From contig CAXXTH010000010.1 in NCBI GenBank assembly GCA_963668025.2, positions 288,001-352,000 on the forward strand: a DNA stretch of 64,000 nucleotides, written 5' to 3'. Shown one piece after another: positions 9,582-18,003 of this stretch; position 1 is the first letter of the stretch, and each line of letters begins with the position of its first letter. The notes under the pieces are model-generated. The model searched no databases. It was not told where the DNA came from and saw nothing but the letters and a program-made list of their open reading frames with translations. Position numbers and translations under genes: made by a program. Origin of the DNA: Candidatus Hydrogenedentota bacterium. Lineage in GTDB: Bacteria; Hydrogenedentota; Hydrogenedentia; Hydrogenedentales; SLHB01.

Positions 9582-10469
9582 ATGCCAAAATCAGCCATAC
9601 TCGCCATGGAGCAGTATATCCAGAAGGCCGCTGTCCTGGTGGAAGCGCTGCCGTATATCCGGGATTTTGAAGGCAAGACCGTCGTCATCAAATATGGCGG
9701 AGCGGCCATGGAAGACCCGACCTTGCGGCGAAGTACGGCGGAAGACATTGTCCTCATGCGGTATGTCGGCATGAATCCCGTGGTGGTGCATGGAGGCGGG
9801 CCGGAGATCAACCGGCGGCTTCAACAGCTCAACATTGAAGCCAAATTCCATAACGGCCTGCGCATTACGGACGCCGACACCATTTCCGTCGTCGAGATGG
9901 TCTTGGCGGGCACCATAAATAAAGACATCGTCAGCCTTATCAATGCCTGCGGCGGAACGGCGGTGGGCATTTCCGGCAAGGATGGAAACTTGCTGCACGC
10001 GCAAAAAATACAAATGGAAGACGGCGCGGATATCGGCCAGGTAGGTGAAATTGTCGCCTGCCACTACCACATTGTTTCCGTGTTATGCAACGCGGGGATG
10101 ATCCCGGTGATCGCCCCGCTGGCCACTGATCCGCGCGGGGGCACGTGGAATGTGAATGCAGACACGGCGGCGGGAGAGATCGCGGCCGCCATCTCGGCGG
10201 AGAAACTGGTGTTTCTCACCGATACGCCGGGCATATTGCGCGATCAGGAAGACCAAAGCACGCTTATTCACCACTTGAATTACCGGGAAATTAAAGAGCT
10301 GACCGCCCGGAAGATCATTCGGGGCGGGATGATGCCTAAAGTGGAGGCATGCCTCAAGGCCCTTGACTATGGCGTGTCAAAAGCCCATATCATTGATGGC
10401 CGCGTGCCCCATGCCTTGCTTCTGGAGATATTCACGGACCAGGGGCTCGGGACATTGATCACCGTATAA
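9582..10469 (+). CDS. argB: Acetylglutamate kinase
   Basis: VIKYGGAAM, VHGGGPEI, NVNAD and GGMMPK motifs. Confidence 0.96.
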   Translation: MPKSAILAMEQYIQKAAVLVEALPYIRDFEGKTVVIKYGGAAMEDPTLRRSTAEDIVLMRYVGMNPVVVHGGGPEINRRLQQLNIEAKFHNGLRITDADTISVVEMVLAGTINKDIVSLINACGGTAVGISGKDGNLLHAQKIQMEDGADIGQVGEIVACHYHIVSVLCNAGMIPVIAPLATDPRGGTWNVNADTAAGEIAAAISAEKLVFLTDTPGILRDQEDQSTLIHHLNYREIKELTARKIIRGGMMPKVEACLKALDYGVSKAHIIDGRVPHALLLEIFTDQGLGTLITV

Positions 10470-10521
10470 ACGCATTGGCGAAAGCCGGACGGCTGGAAAG
10501 CAAATAAGGAGACAAGCATTC

Positions 10522-11175
10522 ATGGGTGCTTTAGCACGCCATTTCTCTGAATGGTATGATTTTTTGTGGGCAGGCGGCATTTTTATGTGGCCGATTTTCC
10601 TGTGCTCGATAGTCGCGCTGTCGATTGCCATCGAGCGGTTTTATTCATTGCGCCGCGCCACGATTGATACGCGGGAATTTATGGACGCCATGCGCACGGT
10701 GCTGCGCCAAAACCGCATCCAGGAAGCCATCGCCATTTGTGATGAAACCGATGGCCCTATTGCACGTATTGTAAAAGCAGGCATTTTAAAGCATCGCAAA
10801 AGCAAGGAAGATATCCGGGAGGCCATCGAGGACGCGGGGCATTTCGAGATACCCCGGCTGGAGCGGTATCTGTCCGGGATGGCTACTTGCGCGAATATAG
10901 CCCCTCTCTTAGGCTTGCTGGGCACGGTGCAAGGTATGATCAAGTGCTTTGCGGCGATTCAACACAAGCAAGGCCAGGTCAATCCTTCCGATTTGGCGGA
11001 AGGTATTGGAAACGCGCTTATTACCACGGCCGCGGGATTGGTGGTGGCCATTCCCACGCTGGTGGTGTACAACTACTTTGTCTCACGCATAGAAAACATG
11101 GTTGTCGAGATGGAGATTAGTTCGTCGGAGCTTGTAGAGCTACTGACGCGAAACCGTGGCGAGAGTGAGATATAG
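10522..11175 (+). CDS. exbB: MotA/TolQ/ExbB proton channel protein
   Basis: APLLGLLGTVQGMI and ALITTAAGLVVAIP motifs. Confidence 0.9.
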   Translation: MGALARHFSEWYDFLWAGGIFMWPIFLCSIVALSIAIERFYSLRRATIDTREFMDAMRTVLRQNRIQEAIAICDETDGPIARIVKAGILKHRKSKEDIREAIEDAGHFEIPRLERYLSGMATCANIAPLLGLLGTVQGMIKCFAAIQHKQGQVNPSDLAEGIGNALITTAAGLVVAIPTLVVYNYFVSRIENMVVEMEISSSELVELLTRNRGESEI

Positions 11176-11193
11176 GCAGGTGGCCCAGCGCAT

Positions 11194-11646
11194 ATGAAAT
11201 TCCGTCAAACAAACGATGGCAAGCGCAAGATCCGGGCGAGCCTTGATATGACACCACTCATTGACGTGGTGTTCCAGCTTATTTTGTTCTTCATGCTGTC
11301 CAGTACTTTCGTCGTGCAAAATTCGATTCAAATCGAGATGCCCAAAGCGGACGGCACGCAGACGCTTGAAACAAACGACATGTCACTGACGCTTGCCTTT
11401 GGAGAAGGCGGCCCGGATAATAGCGGCATGATCTATTTTGGGAAAGAAAACGAAGAGATCTATACCTGGGAACAACTGACGCAGCGCTTATCGGAAGAAG
11501 GCGCGAAGCGCAAAGAACCGGTATTGACCATCCGTTCGGATGGGCGTGCGCAGGTGGAGCGTATTGTGCGCGTCTGGGGCATTGCCACGAGTGTGGGAAT
11601 CACTCGATTTGGCATTGCAGCACAGCCTCTCGATAACGAGGAGTAG
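11194..11646 (+). CDS. exbD: ExbD/TolR protein
   Basis: MTPLIDVVFQLILFFM motif. Confidence 0.9.
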   Translation: MKFRQTNDGKRKIRASLDMTPLIDVVFQLILFFMLSSTFVVQNSIQIEMPKADGTQTLETNDMSLTLAFGEGGPDNSGMIYFGKENEEIYTWEQLTQRLSEEGAKRKEPVLTIRSDGRAQVERIVRVWGIATSVGITRFGIAAQPLDNEE

Positions 11647-11650
11647 GGCT

Positions 11651-12496
11651 GTGCCTGGCCACAACCGAGCCTTTACGGTGGCGGTAGGCATCTCGGTGGC
11701 GTTTCATCTTTCAATGGTGACCTTCTTTTCCATCGGCGTTCGTTTCGAGATAAATACTCCTCGCTATTTTCGGTTTGACATCGTGAAAACGCCGCAGGCG
11801 CGGCCAGCGGCGGAAACGCCCGATTCCGCCCGGCTTCGAGCGCCCAGCATCGAAGATGGAGCCAATGTTTTCAACAGCAATTCCGCCCAGCATGAGCTTT
11901 CGGATAGTTTGGACATTGGAGTGGACATGCCACGGCTGCACGAGCCGCCCGAAGTGCTCCTGCCCACGCTCGAATTCGACAATCTCGAACGGCTGAGATT
12001 ACGCGAGCAAAGCATCGCCGCAAGCAACCGGACGCTGGAATCGTTCGACAACCTGCCCAATGATAGCTGGGCCCAGTTCGGACGGGAGCTCGAGCAATTC
12101 CGCCGGGCCACCTTGGGGCGGCTGCCATTTCTTGGTGAAGAATCTCCCGTAGAAGAGCCTTCCCCTCAGCGCGTGAGCGTTCCAGCGGAGGGATTCGAGG
12201 TCTATATCGAGTGGATGTCGGAGCCATTCGAACGCCAGTTGCTCTTTTCCTTGCCCATTGAAGCCCTATGGCGCATTGATCCCCGAACGCTTCAAAAGCC
12301 GATATCGTTTACCTTCCGCGCAGGCCCTGATGGGCGTGTGCGTGAGGTGCTGCAAGGCGCCTTGATCGAGGATGAAGATTTGGCGGCCAGTGTGCTTAAG
12401 GCCTTGCTCCATTACCGGTTCGCACCGCTTCCCGAAGGGCAGTCGCAAGATCAGCAAGGCACGCTGCTCATAACAGCAGCAAGGCGGGCGCCATGA
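11651..12496 (+). CDS. TonB-like energy transducer
   Basis: N-terminal TM with S-x3-H (SVAFH). C-terminal PDGRV...YRFAP TonB_C-like region. Follows exbBD. Confidence 0.65.
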   Translation: MPGHNRAFTVAVGISVAFHLSMVTFFSIGVRFEINTPRYFRFDIVKTPQARPAAETPDSARLRAPSIEDGANVFNSNSAQHELSDSLDIGVDMPRLHEPPEVLLPTLEFDNLERLRLREQSIAASNRTLESFDNLPNDSWAQFGRELEQFRRATLGRLPFLGEESPVEEPSPQRVSVPAEGFEVYIEWMSEPFERQLLFSLPIEALWRIDPRTLQKPISFTFRAGPDGRVREVLQGALIEDEDLAASVLKALLHYRFAPLPEGQSQDQQGTLLITAARRAP

Positions 12497-12876
12497 TTGA
12501 ACTCGATATCCGCACCGCCTTTCTCCTTTACTCCGCCGCTTTAGGCGTATTAGTGCTGTTCATTTGGATATACACCGAAATCTCCGTCCACCGTCCTCAA
12601 CGCTATTTAGGCAAACAGTTTTTATGGCGCTGCATTATCTGCGGATATATCTATCTAGATGAAGAAGGGGAATTATATTCCGAATGCCCCCGATGCGGCA
12701 GTATTAACTCGGAAGAAGATAAGGCCGCCCGTTTTGTGCCCCAAAGCCCGGCGGCCCGGGAATTAGCGCGCAAAACTGCCGCGCAACCTCATCCCGAAGA
12801 CAACCAGGAGAAACGGCGTAATCCTTCGCAACGAAAACGCCCAAACCAGCGTCGTCGCGGGCCCCGCCGCCATTGA
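12493..12876 (+). CDS. Small membrane-anchored zinc-ribbon protein
   Basis: One TM helix, CIIC-x13-CPRC and a basic tail. Overlaps the upstream stop codon. Confidence 0.7.
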   Translation: MIELDIRTAFLLYSAALGVLVLFIWIYTEISVHRPQRYLGKQFLWRCIICGYIYLDEEGELYSECPRCGSINSEEDKAARFVPQSPAARELARKTAAQPHPEDNQEKRRNPSQRKRPNQRRRGPRRH

Positions 12877-12902
12877 CTCATCTGGGGCAAAAGGCCGATG
12901 GG

Positions 12903-13784
12903 TTAGCCCGAAGTAAATCCGGATAAAGTGGTGAACGATACCCCTTCGCTTCTCATGACGCCAATAAACGCATCAAGGGCGGCGCACATCGGCGTCCCCG
13001 TGCGCTCATACATGAACGGCTTGAACGCCACGGAGGCTTCATCCGTCTCGATACGAGCGGGCATTTCCACAAATTCCCAGGGGTGAAGATATAGGCAGAG
13101 GACCGCGCCGCCATGGGGCGTTTCAGCATGGGGAAACATACGGCGGCACAATGCGGCAAAAGCTTCCGCGCCTTCCATGCGCAATCGGGGCCATTGATCG
13201 CGTTTCCGGCAAATCTCGCCCTCGCTAGGATCATCCAAATCATACATCGGCGGAATCTCGAGAATGTTCAATTCGCCAGGCTGGGTCCAGTCGTATTCAG
13301 AGGGGTGATAAGGGCGCAGGCCTTTGCCGATAGCGTAAGCCGGCAAAGAAGAATCCACCACATACCCTAATTCATCGAGCACGCGAAGGACACGGGTAGA
13401 GCCGAACATCCGGGGAGCTCGAAAAGAACGGGGGCGGACGCCGGATGCGGCTTCCACTACGCGCGTGGCTATCTCGATGCGGCCCCGGACTTCCTCCTCA
13501 AGCACCGGGCTTTCGCCCGGCATGCTAAACACTTCCGCCCCCAAGGCTTCATGCTGCATGCCGTGGCATCCAATCTCGTGTCCGCCGCCGGACAACACCC
13601 GTTCTATCGTGGCGCGATGGGATAGGGCCTCGCGCCCCGTGAACAGAAAAGTGGCGGGACAGGAATGGCTTTGCAAAATATGAAGAATCTCGGAAGCGCC
13701 TTTCTCCAATCCCCGGGTTTCCCTGGTCCAGGAGCCAAAATCGGCTTCCATGTCGAAGCTTAGTATGATGGTTTTGCTGCTCAT
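12903..13784 (-). CDS. Polysaccharide deacetylase (CE4/NodB-like)
   Basis: SFDMEAD, HEIGCHGMQH, FRAP and YLHPWEF motifs. Confidence 0.88.
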   Translation of the reverse strand: MSSKTIILSFDMEADFGSWTRETRGLEKGASEILHILQSHSCPATFLFTGREALSHRATIERVLSGGGHEIGCHGMQHEALGAEVFSMPGESPVLEEEVRGRIEIATRVVEAASGVRPRSFRAPRMFGSTRVLRVLDELGYVVDSSLPAYAIGKGLRPYHPSEYDWTQPGELNILEIPPMYDLDDPSEGEICRKRDQWPRLRMEGAEAFAALCRRMFPHAETPHGGAVLCLYLHPWEFVEMPARIETDEASVAFKPFMYERTGTPMCAALDAFIGVMRSEGVSFTTLSGFTSG

Positions 13785-13941
13785 AAAAGCTTTCTTTTAC
13801 TTCTGTACATCACCATGGATGGCGAACCGTGCACACATGCGGTGCGAAGAATAGCTTACCCATGCCTATAAGGTCTAGCTGGCGAATGGCGGCGATTTAT
13901 GAAATGATACATTAGTGTCCCACATACACGCCAATCCGCAA

Positions 13942-14433
13942 TTAAGACTCCAGCAGCCTCCGCTGCGGGGCGGCGTGCAGATGGCAAATAGCCAGGGCCA
14001 GGGCGTCGGCGGCGTCATCAGGGCGGGGGATGGCGTCCAGATTTAAGAGAATGCGAACCATTTCCTGCACCTGGTTTTTGACGGCTTTGCCGTAGCCTAC
14101 GATGGCGTTTTTCATCTCGAGTGGGGTATATTCACCGATGGGAAGATGCGCCTGCGCGGCGGCCAGGGCGATGACACCCCGCGCTTGCGCCACGGCAATG
14201 CCGGTCGTGACATTTTGCGAGAAATACAGCTTTTCTATAGAGACTTCGTTGGGGGCATATTGCATCAACAGCGCCGCCGTTTCTTGGTGAATCATCAATA
14301 GCCGCTCCGCGAAGGGGAGGCCCGCTGGCGTTGAGATGACACCATGGGCCAGGTAGTTCAAACGAGAACCCCGGCTCTCCACTACGCCATACCCGGTAGT
14401 GGCCGTGCCGGGGTCAAATCCCACAACGCGCAC
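13942..14433 (-). CDS. ruvC: Holliday junction resolvase
   Basis: GFDPG, IEKLYF, QARGV and DDAADALA motifs. Confidence 0.96.
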   Translation of the reverse strand: MRVVGFDPGTATTGYGVVESRGSRLNYLAHGVISTPAGLPFAERLLMIHQETAALLMQYAPNEVSIEKLYFSQNVTTGIAVAQARGVIALAAAQAHLPIGEYTPLEMKNAIVGYGKAVKNQVQEMVRILLNLDAIPRPDDAADALALAICHLHAAPQRRLLES

Positions 14434-14434
14434 G

Positions 14435-15187
14435 TTATTCCTCCATCAGCGCGGCCATTTCCTCTTCGGCGATGTCGAAATTCGAGTAGACGTTCTGCAC
14501 GTCATCGTTGTCTTCCAACGCTTCCATGAGGCGCAATACGGTGCCTGCGTCCTTGCCTGTAAGCTGGAGGGTCGTCTTGGGGGCCATGGTGAGCTGGACT
14601 TCTTCGGCTTGCATGCCCATGCCCGCAAGGGCTGTCGAGACGGCATGCAGATCTTGCGGGCCCGTGGTGATCACGCATAAGTCACCGCTCGGGTCCACAT
14701 CTTCCGCGCCCGCTTCGATGGCCTTCTCGAATAATTCGTCATCGGACAGGCCGCCTTTAGGCACGGCGATCTGGCCTTTCTGCTCGAAATTCCACGTCAC
14801 GGCGCCGCTCTCCGCCATGCTGCCGCCATGTTTCACGAGGATATGTCGAATTTCCGCCACAACCCGGTTTTTATTATCGGTCAGCACATCCACGATGACC
14901 GCGACGCCGCCCGGGCCATAGCCTTCGTAGCGGATTTCATCATAAGATACGCCGGGAAGCTCACCCGTGCCCTTCTTGATAGCACGGTCCACATTATCTT
15001 TGGGCATGTTCTGCGAGCGCGCCGCCAGAAGAACGGTCCGCAAACGCGGATTCATTTCCGGATCGCCGCCGCCGAGCTTCGCTGCTACCGTGATTTCTTT
15101 GGCAAGCTTCGAGAAAACCTTGCCCCGCTTGGCGTCGAGCGCGCCCTTTTTACGTTTGATGGTGCTCCACTTGGAATGACCCGACAT
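14435..15187 (-). CDS. yebC: YebC/PmpR family protein
   Basis: MSGHSKWSTIK, YEGYGPGG and LEDNDDVQNVY motifs. Confidence 0.96.
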   Translation of the reverse strand: MSGHSKWSTIKRKKGALDAKRGKVFSKLAKEITVAAKLGGGDPEMNPRLRTVLLAARSQNMPKDNVDRAIKKGTGELPGVSYDEIRYEGYGPGGVAVIVDVLTDNKNRVVAEIRHILVKHGGSMAESGAVTWNFEQKGQIAVPKGGLSDDELFEKAIEAGAEDVDPSGDLCVITTGPQDLHAVSTALAGMGMQAEEVQLTMAPKTTLQLTGKDAGTVLRLMEALEDNDDVQNVYSNFDIAEEEMAALMEE

Positions 15188-15440
15188 GGTGTGTGTTTCT
15201 CCCTGTTTCCGCACTGATTTCGCGCCATCTTGAGGCAGGAAATATTATATCACAAGCCCCCAGCGTCTCCGCAATCCATTACTTGCGGCCTAAAGAGATA
15301 CGGTTGCTTTTCATACGTTTTCCTCGCTTAAGATATGGAGGCATGCATCCAGATTCCTTTTCAAGATGCCCTTCGGAATGCCGCTATGGTATTCTCGATG
15401 CTGCTGGATACCGATTTGAAGTAAAGGGAGCATCGCGAAT

Positions 15441-17715
15441 ATGGAATGGAGCAAACGCGGAAACGCCTGGATATGGGCCGTGCTGGGGGCAATCGTGTTG
15501 CTGGCGGCCATACTGCGTGTGGTGAATATCCAGGCGGGATTTTGGTCGGATGAGATCCAGACGTACCGCGGGGCTTCACTTCCATTCGATGAAGTGTTGA
15601 GCCATCGCGCATACCCACTGTATTATCTGGTGGGGCATTTTATATTGAAACTCGTTGACGCGGAATGGGCATTACGGCTTCCGAGCATTCTGGCGGGCGT
15701 GCTGGGCGTACTGGCGATGTATGGGCTGGGCAGCGCGGCGGGGAGCCGGGGCGCGGGATTGCTGGCCGCGTTTCTATTGGCGGCCTCGCCCTTTCACCTC
15801 ATTCATAGCCAGGATGCGCGCTATTATACGTTCATGATGCTCGAGGGCGCACTGGCCATATGGCTGCTGCATTCGGTGCTTGAACAACCATCCATGTGGA
15901 AGTGGATACTGTATATCTTGGTCTGCAATCTGGCCTCCGTCACCCATCCGTTCACCTTGCCCGCCATTGCAGGCATAGCGGTTGGAGGCTGCGCTTGGGC
16001 GGTTTTCTCCGAAGCCCTCACGGGCTGGCGGATGCGGTTGCGCCGCGCGAGCGCGGTATTGCTCTTTACGGCGCTGGGAACATCGTTGTTCTGGTTTACA
16101 AGCTGGTATAGCCAGTTTCCACGTATCATAAAAGCGATACGGAATTACGCCCATTTGCTTCTCGACCCCAAAGTGCTGGCGCTCGTGGTGGTTCTACTTG
16201 TGGTGGCAGCCGTTGTGTGGCGGTATTGGAGCCGCCGGGCGCCCGCCATCGAGCCCGCTAAGGCAAGGCGTTCCCTTAACTACGTTTACTGGCTCCTATT
16301 GGCTGCATGCCTGGCATGGCTGGCGGTCTGGGGCGTATACCGGCTGCACCAAGCGCGCTTCCAAGGCGAATACCGGCCTTCCTACCGTGCATTGTATGAA
16401 ATCTCGGATGAACAGGCTAAAACAGAACGGGGTGAAACGGCTCTACCGATTGACTGTGCCCGATATATATGCGTTTTACGTGGAAGACTTCGCCGGCGAA
16501 TGGAATGCGCCTGCTAAGGCCGCGCTGGCCTTCCTCATTCTCGCGGGCGCTGTGTTTCTCGCGCGCACGCGCCTGCCGCTTGCTTGGATCACGGCGTCCA
16601 CATTGATAATCGCTCCGCTTCCCTTCTGCATTATTCCATTCCCCCAGCGGCAAGTGGCCCGGTATTTCTGCATTGATTATGTGCTCCTCCTCTTATTGGC
16701 GGGGCTTGGAGGAGTATATGCGCTTCGTTATTTATGGGAACGCCGAAAGCAAGGAAAGCTGGCGCAAGCAGCCCCTTATGCCGCCGCTCTGGTGATGGCG
16801 GCGCTCCTGGCCCCAAGCATCGGAACCGCCTTGGCCAAGCATACCGAAGGACGGTTGTTCGGACGGCGGGATTATGGCGGCCTCATGCGGTACATCGAGC
16901 CGCGCTTCGCGGCGGGCGATGTCATCGTATCCGCCATTCCCGAAGATGCCCCCTTTACCCCCTACCGGCAAGTCGAGTTTCCGTGTTCATTCTACGCGGC
17001 GAGGCTGTTTCCCAATCCCGAACCGTATTACCGCGCGCGCCGGTATGATCCAGCCACAACGCCCGAAAAACTGGCGGACATTCTTCGTGACAATCCCTAT
17101 TCCAATTTGTGGGTGCTGGGCGTGGATAATTGGCCTGCTGGACCGGATTTTTATAAAGCCCTCGAGCAATATGGCGCCACGGATGTCCGCCATTTTTTTT
17201 CACTTCAACTCTGGTCGATTCCTGCACAAACGCCTGATCCGTCCAAATGGACTGGCTCGATACTGATTAATGGCGATATTGAAGAGGCATGGGATTCGGG
17301 TGATATGCCGCCCGGCTGGCGGCGCATTTTATCGCAAGACTTCATCGTAGCACGTGAAGAGGAAAGCCGCCACGGCGGCGCTCAATCCATGATGATCTTG
17401 GGCCGCGAAGACAAGGATGTGCATGTTGCCGTAGCCAGCACACTTGACCAATCGGCGCTTCGTGGACGGGATATGGTATTCACGGCTTGGGTGCGCACCA
17501 CGGAACCCGCGTCCACGTATATCCAAATCATTGATGGCTGGAAGACGTATCACAGCGTAATGGCCGTCCATCCGAATACATGGGAACGGATTACCGCCTC
17601 CGCCCACATTAGCCCCGAAAGCGCTTCTACCGTCTTTGATATTACCTTGAAAAAGCATTCGCCGCCTGTCGCATGTATTGTAGACGACGCCCGCGCCGTG
17701 TGCTCGCGCCCCTGA
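15441..17715 (+). pseudogene. GT-C (ArnT/PMT-like) membrane glycosyltransferase with C-terminal carbohydrate-binding-like domain, frameshifted near 16420
   Basis: FWSDE, LRLPS and SQDARYY motifs in frame 1. Coding sense continues in ORF 16198-17715 if one A of the A4 run (16419-16422) is removed. Confidence 0.7.
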
Positions 17716-17731
17716 CGGGTTACCGAATTCA

Positions 17732-17998
17732 GTAACACTTTAGCCATCTGAAGTAAAAGCATCGGGATGATTTTTACAACCGCGAATACAGAGTAAACCG
17801 CCTTTGATGGAGGGATCTTTTTAGACATGATTTACATGATTGACAAGATTGGAAAAGATCGCAACGATTCTTTATGAAGCCAAACCATGAAAAAAAGCGA
17901 GCATGTTTTTTCATGTAGAGGAATTGCCATTAAAAAATCTTGTCCATCTTGTAAATCATGTCTAAAAAAACTCTTTCTTCATTCCGCAAAAGTGTTTC
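17732..17998 (+). mobile_element. IS66-derived MITE, copy 1 (267 bp), containing a nonamer inverted-repeat element
   Basis: Left end gtaacactttagccatctga matches the IS66 left end at 18/20. Right end cttcattccgcaaaagtgtttc matches the IS66 right end at 18/22. Flanks CGAATTCA/CAAATTCA (7/8). Confidence 0.7.
17818..17968. repeat. Triple-nonamer inverted-repeat element (ACATGATTT class), copy 1
   Basis: Arms tttttagacatgatttacatgattgacaagatt and aatcttgtccatcttgtaaatcatgtctaaaaa. Confidence 0.85.
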
Positions 17999-18003
17999 CA
18001 AAT

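Noticed and set aside
17712-17745. Two back-to-back IS66-like ends separated by 8 bp (circle-junction-like)
   Set aside because: The 8 bp is better explained as the left TSD of the MITE at 17732-17998. The upstream match is short and overlaps a stop codon.
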